A stretch of DNA of 64,000 nucleotides from Bugula neritina. Its lineage: Eukaryota > Animalia > Bryozoa. Shown one piece after another: positions 40,715 to 60,816 of the stretch (positions are counted from its first letter, which is position 1; every line of letters starts with the position of its first letter). Under the pieces are notes generated by a model that was given only the letters and a program-made list of their open reading frames with translations, was not told the DNA's origin and did not search any database. The stretch is taken from positions 11,976,581-12,040,580 of the forward strand of contig OZ037767.1 of assembly GCA_964035545.1 (NCBI GenBank). Reading direction: 5' to 3'. The translations under genes were made by a program, and so were the position numbers.

Positions 40715-41742
40715 TGTCTCTCGTCACAGGACTAAGGAGTAGTGAATATATATATACTAGTTGAGTAAAGTGAGGAAATGCAATAATATATGCTTCTCGC
40801 TTACGGATTTTCTGGAAATTTTATGTAAGAAATAGTTTCAACAGAATATCTATATAAATAAATTGTCAACAGTAAAACAAACTCTGAACTGGTTAATCAA
40901 ATGATTAATGATCTAACATTAGTCATGTGTGACCTTAGCAAAGTGCTCATTCATGCTCATTCATGCTCATTCAAAGGTATCCCATTTACTAAGACTGCAC
41001 ATGTACAAGCACAATTGTTTGGTAATAAAATAAGATGACTCTCTAATTAGATGCAGTATTCTATGTGTTGTGATTACAGGAAAATGATGGTAATGTAAAT
41101 ACACAAGCATGGGGGTAATTGTAACATGGGGGGCAGAGTCGGCATGCTTCTAGAAAGTATAGAAGAAAGCTAAGTTTCCAAGCGAGTTTATAATTCCTGT
41201 GATAATTGTTGTTAGCTAATAAATAAATAAAATTATCTCAAATATGTAGCAATACTTTGTTTGCTTCAAGTAATACACATATAAAAAAACTATGCAAGTT
41301 TCCAAAGTATATTAAATGAAATCCTAAAAAAGTTGAATGGTGTCTTTAATATATTTTATATCTTCTGGCTGACATGCTATATCATTGCCTTTTTAAAGAG
41401 CAACTCACGCCTGATTTCTACTGCAGTTGGCTGGTGTACTCAACAAGTACCCTTTGCATGCATGCAGCTGGGTGCATCAATCACTTCGCATGAAAGAATA
41501 GCTATAAATCTCTTAGCTCATCCATGTATCAGTAGAAGCAAAGCAATCTCCATAGAAACAGATAGGAAATGTATTGGGCATATTAGTCAGGGTAGCCTGC
41601 CATCACTAACATTCGCCTACACAGAGTCAAAACATTTCTTGAACTGCTCTGATATGACATAAATTTCAAAGAGTGAAATCACCAGTTTCCTGTTTATTAA
41701 GTCAAGTAGTTTCAGTCAGTTGGTGTGGAGCCTGTAGAGAAC

Positions 41743-44700
41743 ATGCGGTCTAGTCTAAAGAAAGGTTTTGTTTCTGCAGTGGTGAGTCTATTTCTATTAT
41801 TTGTGATAAAATCACTTTATGTGGAGGATTCTCTTGAACAGACTATTGCAGTACTTGCTCAGGCTGTCACAATACCTGCTCAGGCCGTCACAAAAAACAT
41901 CACACAACTATTCCAACAAGCAGTTGAGGCTGGCAGCATATCCAAAGTGAGAATAGTTCAAGAAACTGCTGAAAGGAAAGTTCTTGAAAAAGAAGAAGAG
42001 CAGATAATAAATAAGAGAAAGTCAAGGCATTTGAGCATAGACAAACAGACATACAAGCATGTTGTTCCACATAATGAATTTCAGTGGCTACATAAAGATA
42101 AAACAGTTCTGATTTACAGTGCTCATTTTGATAACAGAGATGGTAAAATAAAGATAGTTGGGTTTAAACACAGATTCAAGCTGTCCGCTAGTGATATAGA
42201 GTTAGTTCTGTGTCAGTACCCAGACAAGAGTGTGGTGCCTATGACAACACTGTACAACGTCTCAGTTCTACAACCAAGGCCTCATCTACAGTTCAATACC
42301 TGGATATGGTCATGCTCCTGGACAGGTGAATCTCCACCAACATCTCTCTCCTTAGTAACTCAGTCTCAGCGCGTACTTGTCAGCAGGGTGAATGTGACAT
42401 ACTACCTATTCCCAGAAGGGACACAGAAGAGCAAGCAGCCAGTCGTATGTGTAAAGCCAATGGTAAACAACTACAGTGATGCCTATCAGCTGATAGAGTT
42501 CATTGAATCCTCACGCCTGTGGGGTGTCGGTAAGATAGTCCTGTACCCTCAGTCTATTTACAAGCCGGTGATGCTGCCCATACTGGAAAAGTACAAGAGG
42601 GAGGGCTACATAGACGTACACTGGTGGACTCCACCTGTGCCTATGAAGTCTCTCCATGCATACGGCCAGAAGTCACACAACCAGCACTGCTTGTACACGT
42701 ATATGTACAGGTATGAGTGGGCAGGCTTCATAGACCTTGATGAGTTGATTATAGCTAATGAAAAGATTAGTAGCATTGAGTTCATGATACAGGCTGGTGT
42801 AAGGTCTCTGCTGGACAGCGTTTCCCAGTCTAATGTTGGTAAGTTTACCTGAAATACTGTAGACATCGTGCAATGTAGAGCTTTAATTAAATATTAGTTT
42901 ACTGTTGGTTCCTTGTCAACAAACTACCTGTATTACTGTACACTATAATGTAACTTATATAACGGTACTTTTGGGAATGATGAAAGAATTCATGCATTCT
43001 GCATTCTGTATTCTGTATCTGACGTCATATATATTTATACGAGTATATAGGTCACAACTAATTATACAAAAATTATGTTCTCATTTCCATATTCCATACC
43101 CCCCTCTGCTTTGCTGCTTTGTCATGTTTATAGAGCTGATAGAGCAGTAATTAAATTCCCATGAAAAGTAGAAAATAGTATGTTGAACATGTAGCTGTAC
43201 CATTTTAATTACTTAAATTATTTGAATTGTACTGAATTATAGACATGGTATGTAAGATATTTGAGTCTAGAGTGATAAAAGAGTCATGTCACGGCACAGT
43301 TTTGTATATTCAAGAACATACAACATGCTTATTAAATCATAAACTTACTAATAGTCTTTATATATAGACAATTCTGAAACAAGTAATTGTTTATCAATTA
43401 TAACTACTTTTATTGAAATACAGTTATGCTGCATTCTGCTGTGATATATATTTTGCTGAAGCTTAGTATATTGTTCACTAGTCGTGCTGTTAGTTATGCA
43501 GATTATAAAATCTTACTGCTTGTTTCAGCTGGGTTTATCTTAAGAAGTCAAATGTGCATAACGTCGTTACCTGACGATCCCTTATTTAAAACAGAGAAAG
43601 GTTCTGATCTATGTAAATTAACATCATTCAGGAAGACTAACTGTACCCCAGCTATGAGCCCAGGTAAAGTCTATCTACTTACAGCTTATGAGTCTTCTAG
43701 GCAGAGTTAGAACACAGTACTCTGCAGTGTAGCTTGCTAACTTATGGCACGTTTGTTATTTATGGCTTTACACTGCAAACATCTATTTCATTGTTATCTA
43801 AACTAGCATACGTATAGAATATAATGTATTCTGATTTATATAAAAAAATAATGTTAGCTATGAGTTATGGTGCAACACTTCCTAGGTTAAACTTGGCTTA
43901 CAGCAACAAAGATAGCATAGAACAGCTAATAGCCTGCCTCTACACCGTATATGGATTATATATTTTATGTGACTAGAGTTCTCATCTATTATCTGAACTG
44001 AGGCTATTACTCCTATAACGTGATGTAATCCTACCACCACTCTACTTAATGATGATTAATAACTCTATCTTCCGAAATAATAATATGATAATTAACTGTT
44101 TTACTCTACCTAGTTGACCACTTCAACTTCGCTTACAGCAGTTGATAGAATTTCAGACAGGTTTTCTTATACAACCTGTTTTAAATAGGGGCTTTCTCTC
44201 CATGTTGCCATATTAATATCTTGTGTAATGTTTAGTACTGTAATTCACTTCTACTACTTGTACACTTTGTGTGTGTGCGTGCGTTCGTGCGTGCTTGCGT
44301 GTGTGCGTGTGTGTGACTTCTGCTACTTGTGTACTCTGTGTGTGTGATTTCTGCTACTTGTATACTCTGTGTGTGTGACTTCTACTACTTGTATACTCTG
44401 TGTGTGTGACTTCTACTACTTGTATACTCTGTGTGTGTGACTTCTACTACTTGTATACTCTGTGTGTGTGACTTCTACTACTTGTATACTCTGTGTGTGT
44501 GACTTCTACTACTTGTATACTCTGTGTGTGTGACTTCTACTACTTGTATACTCTGTGTGTGTGACTTCTACTACTTGTGTACTCTGTGTGTGTGACTTCT
44601 ACTACTTGTATACTCTGTGTGTGTGACTTCTACTACTTGTATACTCTGTGTGTGTGACTTCTACTACTTGTATACTCTGTGTGTGTGACTTCTACTACTT

Positions 44701-44998
44701 GTATGCTGCAGGGGTGTGGTCAAAGCCGTTAGTCAACACAGATGGCACAGAGATAGTAGACATCCATATGATTAGACTGCCAAGGCCTGGTTTCATACCG
44801 ATAGACTTAGATCCATCAATAGGCACGGTGCATCATTACAGAGCTTTACCTCATGACAGCCTAGTATTGGCTCAGAGTCCACAGCATAATGTTTTAAAAA
44901 GAAACACTCATATCTATAAAGATCAAGTAAAACAGATACTTCCTTCCTTGTGTAGCTCTAACAATCCAAATATTGGAGAAATGAATTTTGCAGACTAA
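41743..44998 (+). CDS. Glycosyltransferase family 92 (DUF23; galt-1-like), type II membrane protein, 3 coding exons
   Basis: Exons 41743-42838, 43529-43663, 44712-44998. N-terminal TM (FVSAVVSLFLLFVI), YSAHFDNR, VCVKPM, FIESSRLWGVGKIVLY, GQ..NQHCLY..WAGFIDLDELI (DxD) and SKPLVN..DIH..HHYR. Confidence 0.85.
44307..44704 (+). repeat. Minisatellite 31 bp x 13 (GTGTGTGTGACTTCTACTACTTGTATACTCT) running into acceptor 44711
   Basis: Directly visible; the last unit ends TTGTATGCTGCAG|GG. Confidence 0.97.
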
Positions 44999-46750
44999 AG
45001 ATTAGTTAGCATTCAGATGATTTCTTGAAAAGCATGATCCTTAAAATTGACAGTCACAAAAACAGACACATGCCAAGATGTCAGTACCTTTAACAAAACT
45101 GTTTCTTAGCTAGCAAATGTATTCAATAGGAACTTATAATGTCCATGTAGCACTGCATGGTTAAGTTATGTTTACAGATATTCTTGTGAGAAAAAAATAT
45201 TATTTTCTAATTGCCTGTATAGTCGATCGAAGTATGTGATGTTAAATAACCTCTGTCGATATTCAAACTCTTTTTTCTACAAATAATGATGTTTTAACCG
45301 AATCATCTCAGCTAATATGTTAACTTATCTTCACTTCTCTCTTTGTTGAATGACAATCTGGTTTTCTATGTAATCTTTCGCTCTTTGTAATGCAAAAATA
45401 ATGTCTTTCAATTTATTGCTTTTACCAAAAACTAGTTGCTAAATCATAAAAATATTTGTCTCCTTACTATATTTTGGATTATCCCTTGGCATTGCTTGCA
45501 ATTCTATTGACTGGGTTGATGAAGAAGCAACTGCTATTGCGGTTTGTTCAATAAATCTTTAAGGAGCTTAAATTAGTGAGATATGACAAATAAAAAAATG
45601 TGTTTAAAATGTATTTAAAATGAACATCAGTTGCAATTTTCAATAATTTTCATGAAGTTTGTTCCATGCACCGGGATAATGGTTATCAAATGCTGAATTA
45701 AATATCAGACAAGGGTTTGTAAAGGGAGTGAGGCAGACTGTGCAATAGTTATGGATGGCTAAATTTGAAACTCAATGTTGTTGCCAGCTGAAATAACCAT
45801 CAGTTAATGAGCAGGGTATCTCATGAATTGACAGTACTTAAACACGTTGATCAGTAGCTGTTCAGTGTTTAGTAAAACACTGTTCTTAAAGAACATTCTC
45901 TGAGTTCCATGTACTTTTGACAAAAAGTCTCGTATTTTATCACTAATTTGTGATTCAATTCACTCCAAACCAAAAAAACATAAATTTATAGCAAAGAAAT
46001 TTAAGGCAAGGTCAAAGTACTCAAGTTTTAGGGTGCTTTCTACTTTGAATTCTAATTCTACAATTTAGCATTTTAAGGAGCTGAGTTAGTGCATAAATGT
46101 AGTCAATATAATTTGTTATAAAAGTATTGTATAATATTAAAATAATATGAATGAACATTTAGAGAACACAAATCATATACCAGTATTATGCTTTGCGTAG
46201 TACTTACAAATGATGCTTTAAATACAATGTGGTAAGTATTAACTTGGGTCGTGTACTTGTGATGTAAGTAGAGAGTTTACAAGATGCTGAAAGCGCTTGT
46301 ACTTGTACCTCTCTGGCATAAGGTGTAAATTGTAAGTACTTTAACTTATCAAGTGACTGAGTTATAAAGCTTCCAGTTGAGATTCCAGTTGAGTCACTTA
46401 TTCAGTTCTATTTTTATAAGAAAATATAAACAGCATGTGTTTAAAATAACTTGTTGCAAGGTATATCTTGTTTAAAGAGTTGTTTCAAGATTTCACATCA
46501 AAAACTTGAATCTTTTTAAAAGTGAGCTATTATGTATTTCTAACCAATATTATCTCATGTTTTCAACTAGCGTTCACTAACATAAATGTGTTTAAACTGA
46601 ATGATGCATAGTTAATAAGTTGATAAAGTAGATGCATTGACTGAGGGTAGATATCACACAGAAACTTACCCCTACAGGTGATAGAACATGTGGGAGTGTG
46701 CAGCTGCTACAGCAGACTGGTGTACACAGTGTGACTAGTTTCTTACTGCA

Positions 46751-49700
46751 ATGGCTGCCACAGTAAACATCATATTACTATTAGTAATAGCCACTGTTCA
46801 TGTCCAGCTCTCACTTACAGACCATTTTAGTGAAGACCTTTTGTATATATCTAAGGTATTTCCAGGTAAGAGTTTACATCTATTAACTGATATAAACTAA
46901 CTAGCTGATATAAACTTTATCTTCTCTGAGCGCAGTATTATAATTATAGTTAACCAATCATGCAGTGCATGGTAAGAGAATTAAATAATTTACAAACTCA
47001 ACAAACATTTATGTCTTGATTCTCTCTAAAAACCCGGAGGTGTTTTATAAAACTGCTTCATTACTTTTTCAAGTTTTGTTTATAAACTTGTCATCAGCCT
47101 CCCTCGGTCTCGAGAGATGCTGGCTGCACCAAGTAGAGTCATGGTAGGTTGCTGCATCTTCTCGTATGACTGTGGAGATCAATGGGAAAGTGGCAGTCTT
47201 TGCTGCAGAGACTACATATGGGTGTTGGTTGTCATCTGCTCTGTAGAGCTGGATCTACAAGCGGCTCTTTTCTTCATGTAATTAGTGGTTCGGCTTGTCT
47301 GATGTCACTCTGTACTGCAGGCCTGCAGGAGTCCAATGTAAGGCGTTCCCATGACTGGGTGTCAACCCCAGCACCATGCACACTCTTTTTGCAGGTGTCC
47401 TTGAAACGTAATTTGAGACAACCCTTTCATCTTCTGCAAGGTCCCCATACAACAGATCCTTGAGAATTTGACTATTGTCAATTTCTATACACTATAAGCT
47501 GCTACATTGCTGTGTTCTAGTAAAATAAGTCAATTTTAAGAGAACATAGATATTTGAGAACCACAATAAATAGAACAAGATAAATTTATACTTCATAGTA
47601 ATATTTATCTTCCCTGTAGTACTTGTAGCACCCAACACTTTCAAATTCCAGTAAAAATGCAATTCAAAATTTTTTGAGAGGTGACCACTTCAACTGTGAC
47701 TTTGTGCAGAAAGAAAGAGACGTTTTGTTTTCTTCCTTTAGACGAGACGTCAAAGTATTGCCCCAATCTCCCTTATTACGGCGGGCTAGTTGGACTGCTG
47801 GGTGAACATGCCTTCCAGTGTTCAGTGTATGAGATGAACGATCCCGGTGAAATCATACTGGAGTCTGTAGCTGGTATAAATTACTCTATTAGATGTAGAA
47901 ATAATAACTAACATACATTATATACATTATATACATTATATATATTATATATGTTATATATATATAACTAATTTATATTACATAATAACTAATAAGGTTG
48001 TAATAGATCGCTCTATCATTCTGACAATATTGCAGGCCAAATACTCAGTTCTGCTAAAATAATATATTTTTGATAATTTAAATATTTTGAGCTATTTAAG
48101 TTTACTACCACAAATATTTATTTGTATACCAAACACTGCAGATATCATAAAATATGATATTAGACTGCTCTATCATTTGATAGACGCATCAGAGAAATAC
48201 AAGCCTTTCTACCGCAAAATTGATGAGACAATAACAAAGCCTGTGATCTTACTATGGACTCATAGAATGGCAAACAAACTAGGCTATATTAAGAACTGCC
48301 CAAACAGCCAATGCCTCATCACAGAAAACCGAAGCTGGTTTAATCACTCCCTGACAAAGGTACCTACTCACTGTTTCTATCATAAATGACATTATTTTAT
48401 TCTAATATGTTGTGAAAATGAAGAATTTAGCTCTATTTTAGGCGATATACTTCTATGGGACATCCTTTAATATAAGAGACATGCCCTTACCGCGGAGCTC
48501 TAACCACTTGTGGATCCTTTCTCATGAAGAGTCCCCAAAGAATCAACCTATCTTCTCTTACAACTCCATGATGCAGCTGTTTAATATAAGCAGCACCTTC
48601 AGGCAAGAATCTCACCTCCCTCTCACCACTCAGTATCTCACAAGCATCCAACAACTGGAACAAAATACATTCGTCAAAACTTTCTCTCAAAAGAACAGGT
48701 ATTTTAGTTTATAATCATATTCTAGCAGATTCTAGATAAGTTATAAAATGACAACTTGTTAAACATCTGTATATGACTATGCAGTGCTCCTTCCGTAGCT
48801 CACATATCTCTTCCGTAAGCCGAGAGAAGGAGTTGGACTCCTGAAATACCCTTAAAAATCCATGACATAAGATTTTTTCCTGTCAATTTCAAATTATGAG
48901 TATATAACACTGCCACTAATTGGGGAGACTTATCTCTTGTATAACCAATGGGCCTGAAAATTGAAATATGTATCTTAATAGCAATTGGGCTAAAGGTCAA
49001 ATACAATTTTGCATAAATCGACAAGTTTAGATTCTACTATGTCATGAATGGAGGTTTCTGGACTCTTATCTTAGTGAGATACGTAGGAAGCACTGCGTAT
49101 AATTTGGCAGAAAATAACACTTAACCTATATACATAAAATATGTACTATTATATACATATACATATTACACTATAATTATATAATAATATAATGTAGTTA
49201 CTAGTTGTACATATTCAGTATGATAATTATATTATACTATATATACTATGCTTGATATAGCTTTGATAATGAACTTCTAAGCTATAAAGTCTTATTAAAT
49301 ATTATAACTTGCTTTTTAAAACAATGTTTCTAGTTCAAGAGTTATCTACCCTTGCAACATTGTTTCTTCTATACTAATGATGTGATTAAAGAGATGTTAA
49401 CCATGTCGTTATACTTCCTTCATCTCAACAGATATTTTTGCTTCAAATCAAAAATTGTGTTTTATGTTCACAGCAAACAGTTCAAGCCAGGTGTGGGCAA
49501 CCTTTAAATTATGATGGAAAGTTGAAAAATGTACCTAATTTCCAAGATGAATCATAATCTATAACTAAACATAATTTAATCAAATCAACATATTATTTGT
49601 CTTGCATCTAGCAAATGGAAGAAGTGTTGATATAATTGTTATTTTTAGCTACATATTACGCTAAGGGTAAATAACGTGTCAATAGTAAGGTGTAAACTCT

Positions 49701-51423
49701 AGCAACACTGATTCACTCAACAGTATAAAGTGAACTCTTAATCACCACACTGTCAGTGCCACACCAACTCTTTATTCAACACTCAGACTATATGCAGCTG
49801 TGGTCTAATGTGTCACGGGTTCAAACCCTGGCAAGGTTATTAGTGATGTCAGGAAGAGCATCTGATAATACTTGCTCCTGCATCACAGTAAAAAAGCCCC
49901 TTCAAAAGTACCTCTTACCACCATTTGAATCCTCACAGGGGTGAATACTTTAAACAAACCTGATAAATACACATGCATTAAAGTTTAATTTATGAAAATA
50001 GCTAGCAATAGAGAAAGCTGGTCAAACCAAAATCGACAGAGAGTGACAGGGCTCCTATCTTTAGTTTAACTCTTATAGACAAGAGAAATTAAACAAGAAT
50101 AAAATTAATATGGCTTTATGGAAATATAATTGTATATATTTTTATGTACCAGAAAATTATAATTATGATCTATTCAAGGCATTGGATTTGTTTTACTTTA
50201 TAAAGATACCAAAAGGATGAAGCCTTGGCTCCAATAATCTACGTGCATAGTGATTGCGGTGTTCCAAGTGATAGAGATAGACTTGTGAAGTGGATGATGC
50301 AATATATTAGAATTGATTCCTATGGGAAATGTCTCAACAACAAGAAGTTACCTCCCCAGTAAGTTTATGAAACCCTGAAGCAGGGCACTAGGGAGTGTGC
50401 ATGTACTGCAGTGTTTATGTTATCACTTGTAAACACTATTTCGATTAAACATCTAGTATGGTGAATCTATGTCCATTAGTCAAGTGAAAAACTGCAAACA
50501 TTATTTTAACTGAGATTATCTTGTCAATTGTTGCCTACAGATGGTTTTCTTAATAGCAGTCTATAATGCATGTAAGCTTACAGAATGCGATAGGTGGAAT
50601 GGACCATCAGGATTTCCTAGAGTTAGTGTCCAAGTATAAGTTTGCTATAGCAATGGAGAATGGAATATGTAATGACTACATTACAGAGAAGTTGTGGAGG
50701 CCACTAATACTGGGCACAGTGCCAATCACACTGGGAGCTCCAAACATAAAGGTGATTTTCATAGAAACTGAGTGTCACCTCTTTTATTACCATTATTTCT
50801 GGTTCAATATCAATCAATCTTGTGAACTATAAATATAGATATGTCATTGCATCCTATTTTAGGACTTTGCCCCTAGCCCCAAGTCTATTATCGACATCAG
50901 AGATTTCCAGTCAATAAAGGCATTAGTTGAGTATATCAAGAATGTAGAGGCCAATGAAACTGCATACGAAGAGTATAGAACATTTAAACAGACGAAATCT
51001 AGTAATCAGAAGTTAAAAGACATATTAGAGAGACGGAAATGGGAGCCAGATTTTGATGCAGTAGGGGAGAACCTGCACAGAACTAAAGGAAACTATGTAG
51101 ACCACTTTGACTGCTATGTTTGTGATGTCATACATGAGAATATGAAGAGAGAAGAACCAGGAGTGGAAGTAGCAAACTGGCAGGCTGACAAGGAACATTA
51201 TGGCTGTCCCTTGCCGATGGAATATGTCACGGAGAGCGACTTGACTAAACTGAGACCGTACAGTGAATTCTGGTACAGTGTGTGGATGGCATCGTACTGT
51301 GACATGTGGGCCTTCCTTAGTCTAAGTAGAGGAGGTAGAGAAGCATATCTTCCCAACTCCTTCCAGCAACTCAGTAAAACGTGTTTAATAGAAGAATACT
51401 GGAGGACACAAGATATGGGATAA
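46751..51423 (+). CDS. FUT10: GT10 fucosyltransferase, FUT10/FUT11 subfamily (more FUT10-like), 6 coding exons
   Basis: Exons 46751-46865, 48184-48359, 48442-48698, 50206-50358, 50577-50751, 50863-51423. Motifs FYGT..PLPR..HEESPKN, SHLPLTTQYL, SDCGVPSDRD, IDSYGKCLNNK and YKFAIAMENGICNDYITEKLWRPL. Exon 1 and the FUT10-versus-FUT11 call are less certain. Confidence 0.85.
47090..47470 (-). mobile_element. RTE-clade LINE 3' end fragment in FUT intron 1
   Basis: Minus strand reads KLRFKDTCKKSVHGAGVDTQSWERL and CSLCSKDCHFPIDLHSHTRRC (C-terminal zinc finger), interrupted by stops. Confidence 0.75.
48780..49097. mobile_element. Tc1/mariner-type MITE with TA target duplication
   Basis: TA|TGCAGTGCTCCTTCCGTAGCTCAC ... 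GTGAGATACGTAGGAAGCACTGCG|TA imperfect TIRs. Confidence 0.75.
49794..49955 (+). mobile_element. tRNA-derived SINE (copy 2, internally deleted head)
   Basis: Shares GTCACGGGTTC.AAC, TGATGT.AGGAAGAGCATCT, TTGCTCCTG and CTCACAGGG with 27186-27385. Confidence 0.7.
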
Positions 51424-51827
51424 TATTATAGATTATGTGTGTTACATTATAAGTGTTTGTTATGGTGAAGATTTCTATAAATATCCATGTACTTTTTGTA
51501 ACTATATGATTAGTAACTCCATGAAATACAATTTATTCATTTGTTAAACTTCTGATTATTATTTTGATTGCTTTGAAGGAACCAATTCAGTGAGACCTGC
51601 AACCTATATGCTAAGTAATGCATTAAACAAAGTTTTGGTAAATGGGAGAACCCTGTTGAATTTATTATATTGAGTTAAAGACAGCTATTGTATCATTAGG
51701 TGAGGTGGCAAAAGCTTAGAAAGCTACATTATATTAGAAAGAAGTTAAAGGCGAATAAAAAGCCAGCAATAGAACTGGCAACCTAGAACAACATGTTTCT
51801 ATAAAATTATCTATAAGAATGTCGTGT

Positions 51828-57977
<6,150 letters not shown>

Positions 57978-58499
57978 TGTTTAATAGTCTAATACAAATT
58001 TTCTGTTAATCATTCCATAGACTGAGTGGTCAAAAGAATTCAATATCTTTTAGTATTAGACATTAATATTGTGCTTATTTTTAAGAAAGAAACACTCTGA
58101 CAACAAATCACAACTATAAAACTAGCGACAGATTCATCATACAAAATCAAAAACAATCTGCCTACATGTATACAAGTTAGCAAGACCAGCACCCAGAAAA
58201 TAAGTAACAACATTAAATGATGAGGCTAACATCAAACTTTGAAAAGTTGGGAGCTTCACACTTCGTGTATCACTCTATATCTTGCAAAATCTATGCATGT
58301 TTATAACATCCTAATATCCAAAATGACTAGAATACAAGTTGTATTTGTAAAAAGAGATTGGTTTGCTGTTTGTGGTGTGCATGGGCTGGCAATTCATAAA
58401 TGAGCTTTCAATAACAAGAACGATTTGCCAACGGTTGAGTAATAAAACCAGCCCAGGCAAATTGAGCACAATATTTATTCACTTTTTCAATTTCATATT

Positions 58500-58940
58500 C
58501 AGATTGTATAACTATAAGTATAAGTATTACTCTTAGTCTTACTATCACTATTACTATTAGAGTATTAGTTAAACTTAATTGCTTAATCACTTTAAATTTA
58601 AGTTGATCATAATCATAATGATAATGCCATACTTATAGTTATACTAATACTTATACTCTTAACCTTATACTTATAGTAATGCTATTAGTAATACTAATAC
58701 TAAATCAGAAACCAATGGCAATAGTAATACACTAATACTAATACAGTATGAGTATAAGTATTAGTATTACATTTACTATTACTATTGGTATTACTATTAC
58801 TATTAGTAATAGTAATACTATTAGTATTAGTATTACCATTACTAATACAGTAATACTAATAGTAATACTAATAGTAATACTAACACTAAGTGAAAGTCTA
58901 ACACTCAAACAGTAGCTATACTAATGTCTAATACTTATAT
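58500..58940. repeat. Low-complexity TAATAC/TATTAG-type degenerate repeat
   Basis: Directly visible. Confidence 0.75.
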
Positions 58941-60816
58941 TTCAAAACTTACTTAATATGATGAGGACCACAATGATCAGAATGTTGTTCAGTCATGTTT
59001 GCAAGTTTATATTACACTATCAGTTAACGAACGCCACTAGAAACAGCAATTGCAAGCGTAAATATCAATACGTTAAAGTTGAGCTTGAATTTGCACGCCC
59101 TCTCCGGAAAAGATGTTGCAAATGTGACAAACATCTCTAGAATTTTAAACTTTTCGAGCGGTTATAGCCGGTTAGAACTGACGTACATTCTAGCTTTAAC
59201 CAGTTAAAAAAAAACTGAAAAATTATACAAAACCAAAATTTTAAATTATTTAAAACTTTATTTTTGTATTTTTTATAAAACTTTTCAAGAATTAGTATTT
59301 TGCTTGGTAAAGTTGCTCAACTAGTATTCACTAATAACATATCCTGTGTTTTTATTTGCGAAGTTACGATTCGCATACTCATAGTGATTGAAATCTAACT
59401 TAATAGAATAATATTAATTAAATTTTGATTTGTGGTATTGAATTGTAATCAAAGTTATCAATGATGATAGATATGAATAGGAAAAATAAAGAAATATAGT
59501 AATATACGTCATGATGATTATTATTAATATTTAATTTTATACTTGGTTAAAAATAAATAATAAATTATTATTAATATTATTCTTATTAATAATAATAATT
59601 ATTATTATTAATATTATATTTATAATTTAAATATATTATTAACTATATTAATAATCATATTATTATGAATGTTATTAATTATAATACTTTTAATTTTTAT
59701 GGTAAAATTTATGCTGCTAATGTCGCTGAAAATAGTATTTATACTTGAGCACTTTTTTACAGAATTATATTTATAGCTACTGCCGTAATATCTTGCAGTC
59801 TGTGATACTCATTATTGATTACTCATTAGGAATAATTTTGAACCGAACTGTTATCAATGGGTCAATTTTCACCTTCCCATTTTTACTCATCATTTTTAAA
59901 TTAATACCCCCATAACATGATTTTGCATAAATAAGACCAATAGCTTTTTTCAAAACTTTAATGGTTTTAGCTGTAATTAGCTTTGAGCAGTTACAGTCTT
60001 TACAAAATTTTGAAATTAGGTTAAACACCACCATTTTATGTCCCACGTAAAAGACAATATATCTTTACTTGTTCAAAAATAAGTGCATGATGAAAAACCT
60101 TTCAAGTTAGTGTACAATTAGTTGTTGGACAGGTTTGATTGTAAGTTGAAATACTCATAGATTATTTTGTTGCAAATTTATGTTTTCTTGATCCATGCCT
60201 GAAAATTTTCTCCAAAAGTCATCAAAAGAAATGGCTTCTGTATTATTTATTAAAGATGGTAAAATGTTCAGTGTTATTTAATAATATATTAGAATGCTCA
60301 GTAGTTGTCCTAATTTTATCATATTTCTGGCGTTCTGACTCATTATATTAGCTCATCATACGTTAGGACTACTCATAACTTACTACTATTTTATATATTG
60401 TGTATTCAGACCTGCGCTTGATTTAAGTTACCCTGTGTTGAGTTGATAAGCAAATTTTGAGTGAGTCATACGCATAGACTAGACCTGCATTTGGACTAGT
60501 CTGTAACGTCACAGCGATATTCGGATCTTTCAGGTCCTGTTGTACTTTATCTTCTGTCAAATCATACAAGTTTGCTTTTAGGTGACATTTGAGTAGTTAA
60601 CTCGCATCAAACTTGAATTTCTAGTCACTATGCGTGCAGGTGTGGTTATTTCTAATTATTAGCATCAGTGAGTGCCAAAAACCTTAAAAACACGGTATCA
60701 ACAGTTAGAGCTTTTTATTATTAGCCCAAGTAATTTTAAAATTATAGCACTACAGCGTATTTGTGTAGGGTTTACTCATACTATTCAGAAGTTGCTAAAA
60801 GCGGGAACGTGAGAAG

